A model generated the notes under the pieces. That model made no database searches, was not told the DNA's origin, and saw only the letters and a program-made list of their open reading frames with translations. A stretch of 64,000 nucleotides of DNA from Raillietiella orientalis (taxonomy: Eukaryota): the NCBI GenBank assembly GCA_036172245.1, contig JAYWIR010000014.1:1240001-1304000 (forward strand). The letters run 5' to 3'. Each line of letters starts with the position of its first letter. Position 1 is the first letter of the stretch. Positions 26,001 through 37,739 of this stretch are shown piece by piece. The position numbers and the translations under genes were made by a program.

Positions 26001-27050
26001 TCAGCATGCTAGGAGTCTCTTTGAGAGCATTTCATTCTCTATCGTTTCTTGCACTCTTCGAAGTGCTCTCGTGGCAAGAAGCTCACGATGGAAATTTCCA
26101 AATGGGAATCTGGGACGCCTCCATCTCCAATGAAACAGCTGGTGGTGCGTTTTTTCCCTTTTCCGTGGGCTGTAAGTGGGGTCCCGCAAGCGCTTTCCCA
26201 TTCCCAACGGCGCGAAAATCCCGCCATCTTCACGGTCAGGATGCGGGCAGCGAGCGAGAACTCCAGCTATTTGGAGAAAGGGAAACGCGGGCAGAATCGC
26301 TATTCTTTTAAAGGGTTCCCATCCTAAGGGAGAGACGGCCAGGCATTCCCTAGTAGTCTTGATTCGACGAGAACCCTTATTGAAACGACGTTTCTTGTGA
26401 GAGACTACGCCCTCTGCCAGTCAGCTGCTCCTTCGGAAGGAAATCAATGTCTTCACTGCAAAGTGCTTAGATCAATTCAAACCTCTCTTGGCTGTTTTGG
26501 TTGTCTCTGTTTGTGGGTGTCTCCTGCGTCACTGACTCTGTGTTTCCAAGCCGGAACTCACAATCGTTGCGCTACTGAGACATCCAGACATCGATCTCTG
26601 CAGTTTCCTAATCCAGACCTGCTTGTGTTTCCTACATGCCACCAAAACACCCCTCTTTAAAACCACTGTTTCCGAAATTGGGAGGTCGAACATGATTCCC
26701 TGTATTCTACGATTTCTCTTTGGAATGAAGATTTCTCCAGACGCTTCTAGATTCTCTGAGAGAACAAACCCAGGACTCATTTTTGTTCCCATTCATTTGT
26801 TTCGTGATGAATCCAGGCTGCCAGTTGTTGTGGCAACTGGTTACTTCCAGTCCTTTATTGCAGCTTGTAAGAATAAATATCAAAGAGAATGAAATGATAA
26901 TGTAGTGCAGAGTAGGACACGGGTTCCTAAAAAAGTACGAAGAATGAGCTAGCGGGATGATCTAGTGAGAAGTCAGCTGACCTGCCAGTAAGATCTGCCT
27001 CAGGGAAGGCGTTCCAAATAAACAAATCGAAGAAAATATGCAGCCGTTTA
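23050..27050 (-). mobile_element. Degenerate Ty3/Gypsy element H (RT-RNaseH-integrase)
   Basis: RT: PNSWSS..WRDFRAV (~26270-26205), GPGQCMPPF (~25855-25829, cf. MPFG), KEFTWTG*TAAAL (~25470, cf. FxWxxxxQxAF). Integrase: GPGM (~24305), HLPVVAVTGGPF, LHGVSLSVLLQSPTLTSLPLLW (23720-23655, cf. LHGxPxSIVSDRDPxFTSxFW), LSVGDN (~23175, cf. FxVGDxV). The 5' boundary is uncertain. Confidence 0.68.
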
Positions 27051-29519
27051 TATGAAGGTGGGGCAAGAGAAGGAGGTCTCTGGTAATCCCCTGTCTCTGC
27101 TTGCTATGCAGGATGCTAGCAAGTTCCACTCTCGGGTCCACTAGGTGGGGTCATCTCGCTGTTCTCGTCAAGGAGGAGGTCATCACAGTGATGGCGCTTC
27201 CGCCCCTTTGTGTTCTGGCTGCGTTTCGTGCCGCAACTAGGGTTGGGTTTTCGGGAGTGCGCTGCAACCACTTCGGCGCACGCTTGCGAAATTACTGAAG
27301 CGCATGCCGCACAAATGCGTACCTTCCTCTCGTTTGCAGAAGGAGATGCTAGCATCCAAATGAAGGTTCTGAAACCGTAATGGTTTCGGATTCACGCAAA
27401 CCCAGACCTAGCTTCTGTTTTGACTTGAGCGATGGTCGACACGAGAAAGCGCGCTGATTTCGAAATGGATGCTTTGCTGTCAGAATTCATATCTGGCCAG
27501 GTAAACGATCTTAAAGGTAAACGATCTCGAATTGCGAATAGGTAGTCAATAGTGACTGAGCTATTGCATTACTTCGCCCATTTGATTCTGAACATGGCAA
27601 GTTTTTAAGAGAGCTCCTGAGTCACCATGACATCACCAGTGGTTGTGCGTGTGCTCTGTGTGTCTTCCGCACGGGAGTCGTCATTCGTGATGAATAACTC
27701 GCACGGAATGCAGCGTTCACAACGTTCCTAAAAGTGAATCTTTTATTTTTGAAAAATTTCAACACTGGTTGTTTGTTGCTATGGATAGTATAAAGCGATT
27801 TCTTCTTCCTAAACGACTGCGTGAATTCCTTAATGTCACCTGCTCATTATGAATTCCACTATGCTGCAGTCCTTAAAACTACACTCCTGGCATCCTTAAA
27901 TACTTCTCGACAGTTAGATAGAAGATCCTAAACCAGTCACCCTAGGATCTCAATGTTTATCTAATAAACTTCACCAATGCAGCACCTTATGACCCAGGTT
28001 TCCTTTCTATAATTCCTTAACTTTTTGTTTGGATATCTTACCAGCAGAAAAAGAACCACTGTGCTTCCTTCTTTTGCAATCATGATTTTCGAAAGTGTAG
28101 AAAATACGGAAATTGGTGCACAGAACCTAATGAATTTTGGCTGTATCCATCATGCAGAAGTCTTTTATTATGCTGGTGCGATCAATTAATGTTGTGCGCG
28201 GAAGCAAATGACGTCACCCTGCTGTCAAATTCAAGAATTTCAGGAGCATCTTTCGAACAATTTTCGAAATTTTCTTCTGGACTCCTAAAAGTAACTGCTA
28301 TTTGAAGGCGAACCATGCAGCGGACACTGTGACAACCAATGCACGACCACGAAAATTTCCTGGAAATCTGCTAATGTGAGTTTGGAGCAGCTGCTAGCCA
28401 AAGGAGAGAAGGTCTTTTTCATTTCTTCAAGAGGATTCGTATAGATTCTCCTCCCACAATGCACGCAGGATTCGAGGATGAAATGAGCTATCGCGTACTT
28501 GAAGAAGAACATGCTTCGGATTGCGAACTTGCCGGAAGAGTTGACCTGGTCCAAAGAAACCAATGCAACCTTACGGCACTGAATGACCCATAGCAAACTG
28601 GGGAGAACCTCCCCGATGATTACTACGGAATATGTGATACATGAAATTCTCTCCTCTATTGTGAAAAACAGAAAGATTCCAGCAAGAAATCCAGCAGATT
28701 ACTAATAATCGTGAGCAAAGTATTTATAAAAGGCATAATGATAGCGTGAGATGTAACAGAAAGGTCCTCTCCGGTATATAAAACTGGAATCATTACGAAG
28801 AGTGTTGGTACTTGCATATTCACATAATCGTAGAAGAAAGACTGAGACTACTCTCAGAATTGCATTCAGCGTTTAACCTCTCAAACTGATGATATGGAAC
28901 ATTCGAAAGCCTTCCTTCATTCTACATAGTCCGATCTTTGACCTCAGTTTTACTGTTCATGTAGCAACCAATTCTTCTTTCTTGATCAGCAAATAATGAA
29001 GAACAGTGAGGGATTCGGAGAAATTCCATTCTTATTATCATTCACAGCTCTGTGTGTTGAAAAACAAAACCAACAACCGATTCTCTGTTTGTAATTCTAC
29101 TCATTGCCCTCACATCGCTTTCACATTGAGATCATCGTAAGCTGCAGAGTCAGAAATGAGGATCCGACGGAGCCAAACACATTTCACCGGTTGAAAGAAT
29201 TTCCTTTTTCTGTTAGGAAATCTGGAACGAAAATGCAGGGAAGCACCTTGACTGAAAAAGTTTTGATCCTCTTCTACGGATGTTCCTCATTTGAATTCTC
29301 CACAGCAGAAACTCCACAACTTTTCCTGCAGGGTTAGTTACACATGTGCTAAAGCATCGTTCGTAACGCAGCAGACAGCTTCAATCGTGTGCGGGTGTTG
29401 GAGTTTCTCTTTCACTCGAGCAAGTTCCGTCAAGCGTCTTTTGTAGACAGGAAAGTAAGGATGCGTCATCCGAATAAGCAATGGTGGACGCTTCTCTGGC
29501 TCAACATGAGACTGTTCTT

Positions 29520-32500
29520 GCACGCAGAGGAGCTTCCCATACGTGAATTCTCTTTTGGAGTTGAAGGACAAGGCAAGATGTGCTACGAGAATGCCGCAAG
29601 CACTAAATCATAGCACGCGGCATCCTCGTCTCCACATAAAGAGGCACGATGCACTCTCTGCATGTGTGAAGGAGGGAATCGCTGCCAAATGGGAGGTCAT
29701 TTCTGAAAATCACAGAATATCGATGCTTGCACTCAGATCGGACCTCGTGTACCAAGGAAGTAGGATTCACACTGTGAGCACTGTGAGTGTCTGATGCTCT
29801 TTCGGAAACGCGGCTCACAACAGGATGTGAGGAAAGGAAGGGTCTTAAGACTTCTCACTTTCCCTTTTCCGGCGTCCAAGCTTCATCCCGTCACGTGCCT
29901 CCTTACAATTCTGGAATTCCAGAAAGAGCCGATTTCAGGATGGCGCGCTCCTCGATGGCATGCCGAGCAAAGGGGAGAGCTGATGCTCTGATTCAGTATA
30001 CAGAGAAACAGGGATGCATTCCGTGAACGCATCAGTTGAATTGTCCTCCTGAGGAAGCATCGTTGCCGCTTACAAAGGAATTCTCTCTCCTGAACTGACT
30101 ATTGAGCTGCACGTCTCAATAACCTGAAGAAATTCACGCGGCCTCCGCTGGATGAGCGAATGGAGACGATGGCTGAGATCAGCCCCCTTAACACTGCCGT
30201 TTAATCAGTTTGGTTTGGACTGGCTAAAGCGGTTTCAGTTTTGTTGGTCTCTTCGGAAGATATACGAGTTTTCGTGTTCTCAAGGAGGGGAAACTATCCT
30301 TTACGCATCTCTCGACCCACTGAATCATTGAACCCTGGTCGGTGGTTCCCATACACCCATGTTGTACATGGAAAAATCATTTCATCTGAATTGCAGAGCA
30401 TCCATCCAGTAATGCTGCTTTCTTTTTCATTTTCGTTACTTAGTAATACGTAGCGTTGGTTATTCTCACCTTGTTGCGCTTCTTTCATGATAAATGGTTC
30501 CTTTGGTTTGGATGCGCCAAGTCCTCTTGCATCCCGAGCTCCCGTAGCTGCACGAAAGAATGTCTGATTTCCTCTTCTGGAAACGAATTTCTCAGGTTGA
30601 TTTCACTGCTTTCTTTGCCTCGTGTGCCCTCATGGAGTGGCACCAAAAAATCACGATGGGCGCATTCGCTGTGCATTCCTTTTCCACAGCTCCATTCTGA
30701 CACATCAGGGAGCGCAACCTGCAGATTGGTTGAAGGTTTGTTGATGGAGGAAGTAAGAGGAATTCATGGCAACTATGAAACAATCAAAATGAACGAACGA
30801 ATAGAAAGATTAGAGAGAGAGACTCAAAACTGTGAGATGATCTGTGGAAACTTTCTAAAGCACATCAAGGCATGAAAAGATTTCGGACATATCACAGGTG
30901 TAATCTTTCTAGCAGCAGTTCCAATCGCTCTACTAGCTAAGAGTTTAACTGCAGCGTCTTTACTAGCAAAACACGCTAGCACAGACGATCACAGACACAG
31001 ACTGGTAGACAGCTAATAAATGTTCCCAGTTCCATAAATGTTTCTTGGGTGGGGAAAACTTATGGTAGCCACCAACGATTTCACGCGATTCGAGCGCTCA
31101 GGAATTTCCTTGCTTCACAAAAAAGAAACGAAGTATCAATTGCTTGTCCGTCTTAGGCAGCTCAGGCTCTTGAAAACTTCACGTGATTGCTTCACAAGAT
31201 AGTACTTGCGCGGAATTTTAGTGTGCTACGATAGTCGATAGTTGAAATCAGGCTCACCTGAGAAGTTCTGCAAATTTTGTCTTCAAGAACCAAGCTGAAC
31301 TCTCCGATTTGACCTCCCGACACCGCAGAATCTCCAAAGCACTCCCTCGCTATCAGATGACTTGGAGATTTTGGAAAACAATTGTGGAAATGTGCACAAT
31401 CACTGGAAATACTAAGACGAAAGATGCTCCTTGCATTAAGAAGAGATCGCAACAAAGGTGACCAGAAAAGTGCAGCAGAAATAGGGGGGAACTTCGACTT
31501 CCACGACCAAGGTGAATGCACGGGTAGCCTTGCATCGGCAACCGTGTGCTGTCTTTCATTGGAAGCAGCTCAGGAGCTCTCCTAAGCCCCCGAGAATAAA
31601 GCAAAAGAAACTCAGCCTCCGTGTCGGCGCCACGATTCGGACGAGTTCTTCCAGAGTTGCTTTCGCTTCGCTTCCTCTTCGCCAAAAAGCTTGACGATTT
31701 CCGTTGAGCTTCGCTCAACAAAAGCCGAGAGAGTCTCAGGCAAAAAAAGAAAAAAGAGAATTAGCCTTCGTTTGGGTTTCCGTTTGATCCAGAGGGTGGG
31801 GGCAACGTACTTTTCAAAATTGCTTTCGAAATCTTCACAGTGGAGCATGGAAACCAAGGCGCGGGTGTTCAAACACTGTCGTTACCATTCGTGGGCCGAA
31901 ACAAGCGTGTTTGCGCATGGCACACTTACCATCCGAGCTCTCCCGCTTGTTCGGTTGCTGGAAAGTGGAAACGAACTTGCAATTCGAAACTGAGCAAACA
32001 GAAATGGAAACAGCCTCGATGAACATCAAAGAAGAAAAAAAAAACCTTGTTCGAAGCACCTTTTCACGTCCGAACAAACGCTTCAAGAAAGTCATTCGAT
32101 TACCTGCAATTTCCTCGCGTGAGTTTACCAAATCTCTTCGATGTTTCATTCTGTCGAAGAGTCCTCATTATTTGACAGTGAAGTTTAATCGAGATCGGAG
32201 AGTAAAAGTATGAAATCCGATTCGAAGGGTGGTTTCTCGCAGCTGAATCAGTTATGCGACTCTAAATTCTTGCTCACTTCTTTTGCAGCTGTAACTATTA
32301 CATCGTCCCTATGCAATTAACGTAGGTTCCAGAATGTCTATAAAAAACGATTCCCCGATAACTCGGAGCACGCAAATGAACTCGGAGACGCCTGTTAGAT
32401 TTTTATCTCAAATTGTCCAAGGAGTGCCAGTTATTGTGAGCAAATGGAAACGTTACTAACGAGTATGATTACATATGCCACAAATTATAGACAGCGGTTT

Positions 32501-33552
32501 CTTCCTGCCCAAGGAAAAGTCGCGTTTCTACAGAGGATCATAATAGACCTCACTCTCACGAAGAGGTGTACTTGAAGATACAGCAAATAAATGTTGCGCA
32601 TACTTGTACGCATCTGTACATACATATGTGGATAATACATCTGAATATCCTTTCAAGGGCTATTGACATTACCAGCAGGAAAAAGTCATCGCGTTGCCCT
32701 ATCGAAAGGATAGGATCGGGGTATCTGCTGCGAGAATGGTTCGGCTCTGCTTCATGGGTTTGTGATGAATTCAGCAAAATTTCGGCAAGCTATGCGTACA
32801 AAATCTCCAGAGAAGAGTAAAATTAGATGGAAACTAACCTTTTTGGAAATTGCTGTCAAGTGTATTCCATCCTTCGCGTTCTTTCTGATGTTTACTTTGT
32901 TGTGTTCACCAGAATTTCAAAGCTTCGTGAGCTTCCTGGAGTACTCCGAAGAGTATGCCTTCTCATCAGATTTCAGTAGTTTCATGTTGCTGGCCAGGGA
33001 TGCAAACAAAACGCTGATTTCGTAAATACAGGAAAAGCTGACTGCGAGTTCAAGTTTTTATCTGCTACCCTAATTGGTTGATTTATTTTCGAGAGTCCCC
33101 TCTAGAATTTAAACCTCGGACAGTGCATGGAGACGTCAAACCCTTTGCCTAACACTCTGCCGAAGCCTTCTTACGTGTTTCAGAAAAAGCGTTGGAGGAT
33201 AAAAATGGATGCTATTGAAAGAAAGCCATTGATTTATTGAAACCCTGGTAGAACACACCTCTCTTGCAATGCAATTTTTCTCGTTCTTCATTAACATCAT
33301 TTTCATAACAAGAACAACAAGAACAGGAAGGTGTTCCATGTCAGCCTTCCCAACAGCAGAAAAGATAGGAGGAGAAGAGATTGCAGACATCGTTAAAGAA
33401 CAGGACAGTTTAGATTTGCCGACAAGACTTCTCGTTCATCAGGGAGTAAAGCTTTCGAGGTCTCTTTGCATTAGCAACATGATGTATTTTCCAGAAGAAG
33501 CCACACGCATGTGAAATTTTCAGGTATGTCTGTAAGGAAAGAAAATTCTTGA
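29520..33552 (+). mobile_element. Degenerate chromovirus element I (RT-RNaseH-integrase-chromodomain), best-preserved motif series
   Basis: ELPIREFSF (~29530) is the PR-RT linker. RT: LLVSSEDIRVF (30241, YxDD position). RNaseH: VPIALLAKSLTAA (30918) and MFLGWGKLMVATND (31038) in one frame. Integrase: LHSG..RGCSNT (~31830), FLSQIVQGVPVIVSK (32400), VFHVSL (33331). AFEVSLH*QH..HVKFSGMSVRKENS* (33451-33552) is in frame with VFHVSL and matches the chromodomain pattern YEVExIxxH..LVKWxG..ENTW. Confidence 0.78.
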
Positions 33553-33699
33553 CGTTTCGTCATAGGCCGTCTCGCTTCATGATGACGGTTCTCCAAAATC
33601 ATCGAAACGAAAGCAGTTCCATTTTAGAGCGTGCATAACGTTCCAGTTCTTGGGAGAGCACCTTTTACGATGTCGGCATTTCTCATCACTCGCTTGCTC

Positions 33700-34500
33700 G
33701 GTGTTCTCTGGCACCCCGTTAACAGCCTTCCCGCAACTGCCCGCAAAAGAACTTTTTCTAGGAAATGTCTGAAGAGTTTTCCTCCCTGAGGATCTTGGAT
33801 CTCCCTGAGGTTTTAAAGCTTTCAAACTTTCGAATGCTGTGAACCGTGTTTATGAGTTCATGATCTTGTAGGGGTTCAGCGTCTCAGGACTTGGAGCGAT
33901 ATGTCATTTGGATTCAAATCTTCCAACGCACCATCGCGGAGCATTTCAGAATTCTTTCATCTATCAGAAGAGATGCTGCACGATTTGATTTGGCAGTCCG
34001 ATTGGGAGCATGGGAAAAAGTAGTTCATGGTCTTCTATTCGCTTTGTTTTGCTTACATGAAACTCCAAGTGTAAGAGTTCCAAATAGGTAGTAGAATCTC
34101 AGCATCCGATGACCGCGAAGGGTTCCACGAAGGGAAGAAATGGGAAAATCGTTCCGATGATATTCGCGAATCTGCATATCTCAGTGGTCCTGCAGGCGAC
34201 TTCATCGCATTTTCCAAGGAACGGCACTGGCTCGAGGATGAGGCGTGTGCTCTGCTTTCCTCGGTAAACATCGGAATAGGTCCGCGTTGCCAGTCATGAA
34301 AGAGCAATAAAATGGCATTTCAAAAATCATTTTGTACCTTCCAGAACTACATGTTAGGATTTCTCAAATACGGCAATTACTTCCCATTCCCTGCTGTCAA
34401 TTAAGCAAGCTTTGTCGTCAGTGGTCCTGATGTCAAATACCTAGGGAAAGTCTGGAGTTTCTTGGGAGAAAATGAAATCGGAAAACTCTCGATTCGGGCG
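33700..34500 (+). mobile_element. RT fragment J
   Basis: In RT order: RLRTWSD (~33880), FYSLCFAYMKLQV (~34035), YLSGPAGDF (34177), WLEDE (34227, YxDD position), DVKYLGKV (34429). Confidence 0.5.
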
Positions 34501-35139
34501 TCAACAAATTTCCTAACCTTCACGTGCACCAAAACGATCTGAGGTTCTCGGAGGATTCGCGGAAACATTCAGGTGAGGTGCGAGCCGAAGAGGAAAGAAT
34601 TTTCGTTGATGCGCGTGCGGGGGTTACGCATAGACATGCGCCTCACATCATGAATCGCGTGCGTGGCTTAATTATCGATCGTAGGTTGAAAAAAAAAGAA
34701 AGAAAAAAAGAAAAAAGTGACGTGCACGCACCTAATTTATTTGGCTCCGAAAGTGATTTGCATGAGTTCTGTCCAAACCTTTCGTCATCGCCTGTCTTTT
34801 TCGCCAGACGGTGAGGAGGAAGGAAGCGAAAAGATTGACGGGGTCGGACTGGCGCACATGACGTTCCGGAGCGAATGAAAGATTCGGTCTCGCTGAATCT
34901 GACCGCTTCCGCGGGAAGACGCGTTGCCTGACTGCTGCAAATGTCGGGAAAAGTTCAAATTTATCCATTACTGGCTCAAAATGTGACTCGTTGATTTCGT
35001 AATTCTGCAAGATGGTGGGAAAACTAGCTCTCAGCGAAGGTCTCATACGGGTCCGAACCAAGGTAGGTGCTGGACCACGCTGTGGGGTTCCGTTGGCACC
35101 AGAGAGTCTTCCAGGAGGCTCGAGGCATCCTGAAATGGC

Positions 35140-37400
35140 GAAAATGAAATCCTCAATGGCGCTCAGTTGGACAACAAGGAACTCGAGAACGCCTTCACGG
35201 GAGATTTTGCAGTGCCATCGTCTGGATGGAGCTTGCAGATCTCTCCGCGCTTATTCTGCGCGACGTTAGGGATCTTCGCATTGGACGTGCCCATCTGGCT
35301 ACTCTCTGAAAATGAGTATGAATCAGTGCTCGCGCGGGGCGAGGAAGATCCGTCTGAAAACGAGGGAATTTCGGAAGAGGAGAGCACCGCAGCTTGGCTA
35401 ACGACCTAGGCAGCGGGTTTGTCGAAGAGCGGCAGCGAATGTGACGAGTTCCATCCCGAGGGCATGATGAAGATGCGATCCAATTAATGGGACACGATGC
35501 GAAATGATGGCTCGACAAGTGGCGCTGCAGGAGCGGAGGGATCTTCATGGAAGGCAGGACGGGCAGGAGCGTTCCCAGGGTTTCCACGGCGGAATCCGTT
35601 CACGCGCAGAAGAGACTTTTTGCTTGCGAGAACAGATGAGCTGCCTCCTTAGAGGAAGGAAGGCATCCGCGAAGTTCGCTGCCAGCGCCACGGCCTTGTT
35701 TCTATCTCGGCCACCTCCCCCTCCTCCCGAAGCAACGAGAGCACTAGAGGAAACTCGATGATAAATCTTGAAGCTTCGTTGCATGTGCTGTCTTCAGCGG
35801 CAGAGATTCCTCCTCCGGATCGGCTGACTCCGCGCCTCCTGGACGCGGCGAGGCTAATAACGAAGAGCCTTTCTGCTGGAGCCTCGGCGTGTAACCGTGA
35901 CAGAGCGATGATTGCGTGGTCCATCGAATCGTGATCCGCTTCACGGCTTCATGTCATTCGGAATATTTATTCGCGATGTACATGCACGAAGACACCAAGG
36001 AAAGTGCATCGATTCCATTTATCTGAATCTCTCATCATCAATTGAGTTCCTCCATATTTTACGAGGCGGTTTCCATGTCAACGACGGTGCTCTGACAAGG
36101 GTCTGAGAAGGAACCTTTAACGTGACTTTAATTATTCCAATCATTTCCCTCGTGCCGCCCGCTCGCTGGACGAATTTCTCGTCCCAGAAAATTCTACGCG
36201 TAACGTCATCCGCCTGGAGAGGAAGGGTTGGGCGCGAGCCCGGCTTGCGCTTGCAAACACGCGCGCAATTGCACGCGGGGGGAGAAAAACATCGGGCACG
36301 GCGAGAAGAACACCCGGGAAACGAGTTCCTGTCCTCTCCGCTGGAACGCCGAAATTGAGGATCGGAACTGGCTGCGGTGGCAACATCCCTGGAGAGGGAC
36401 GCCTTCTGTCGCCTCGCTGCGCTTGCAAACGAGGGCAGCAGTGGGGGATTCGCCAGCCTGCCTTCGGCAAGAAGGGTGGCAAAGAGGAGAGAACGCCAAG
36501 GCTCCTTCCCTTCCTTCGTGCGAAGAAACTGAGTGAAGCGCATGAGCGACGTGTTTCGCACATGACTTCAAGGGCCCTCAGTAATCCGCCCACCCAACGT
36601 AGGAGGATTACTGTGAGCCCACGAGGCTCATCTCAGCGAAGAAGTAGAAGCCAACAATGGCGGTCGATCGTGCATCCAAATTCTATCGAAAAGGGGAAGG
36701 GAAGGCAAAGAATAGAAACCAAGAAGTGGCACTCCAGCCTCACGTGAACACTCTAGAATTTTCCGCAGCATTTCCAGGAGATTCAGCCTCAATGTCAGCC
36801 AGCCTGCTCCAGGGAAGGGAGGGACCGAGAAGGAAGAGGAGAAAGGGGGGCAAACCCGAGGAGAGTCTCCAAGGAAGCGCTCCAGCCTTCGGCAGAATTC
36901 TCTTCTGGATGAAAAGGCAGCAAAGACGCAGTGGAAAGCTGTCAGTGGGTCTCCGCCATATACAGAAGACCATATCGTTCTTCGAGCGTCTCTGTGTGTG
37001 TACCCGCGACGAGGTCACTGAGGGGGCTCATCAAGTCCGGTCAAAGAACGGGTCTGTTACTTCGCCCTTCTCCTTGTAGGAGATCTTGTCGCCCTCCTCC
37101 GCCTCACGGAACCCCTGCGTCCAACTCACCACCCACCTCTCCCCTCTTCTCCGGGTGAATTTCTGCCGTCGAAGAGATGCCTCAGAGAGACTCCTCCCTT
37201 TGGCGCGCCCACTGCGACACCGGCCCGAGTACCTCGAGTGAAATTCTTCGGATGATTTACCGACGGCGGCGTCCACGTCGTCTATTTGCCTTCCAGCTGT
37301 TGTTTCTCGGTCCGCATTCCAGCGACTTGCATCTCTTGAGACGGCATGCGTGAGCCGATCTCGGAGGACCAGCAGCAGCGGTTAACAAACGCAGCGTAAG
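35140..37400 (-). mobile_element. GC-rich degenerate unit Q (RNaseH-integrase-chromodomain?)
   Basis: RNaseH end: RWVV..KISYKEKGEVTD (~37135-37055). Integrase: RILPKAGALP..W..LADI (HHCC region), GVPLQGCCHRSQFRS (36403, cf. GxPxxIxSDRGxQFxS), DWNN (~36140). EGVLEFLVV (~35197) is chromodomain-like. Confidence 0.58.
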
Positions 37401-37739
37401 GCGAGTGGGCAGGAGCGGCGGGGGAGCGGAACAGGAGGAGGAGGCGCGGGCAGCTCCACGACGCCTCCTTCTCCACCCATCTCTTTCCCACGCGGTCTCT
37501 GCTCGTTCGGCGTGGGGAGGAAGTCATGGAGGGAGGTTGCGTAGCAGCAGCCGTCGCACCCGCCGCGGTTCCGAGAAACCGCTAAAAGCCCTTCGCCTCC
37601 CCCCTCTCCCACCCTCCCCACGGCGGCTTTACCTGCGGACCTCTCACCCACTAGCCCTCCCTCGAGAAGCGTGGAGCCTCCTTGCAGCTTCCTCGGATGG
37701 TACGTTAAGGGAAAAGGGGCGGATTTTCTTGAAAGGGGG

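Noticed and set aside
26100..26280. Plus-strand WDAS..ERELQL RNaseH-like motifs
   Set aside because: They conflict with the longer, ordered minus-strand series of element H covering the same bases.
37594..37621. Minus-strand purine run as the polypurine tract of element C
   Set aside because: The position is plausible, but no LTR follows that matches sequence upstream of C, and the region is generally purine/pyrimidine-skewed.
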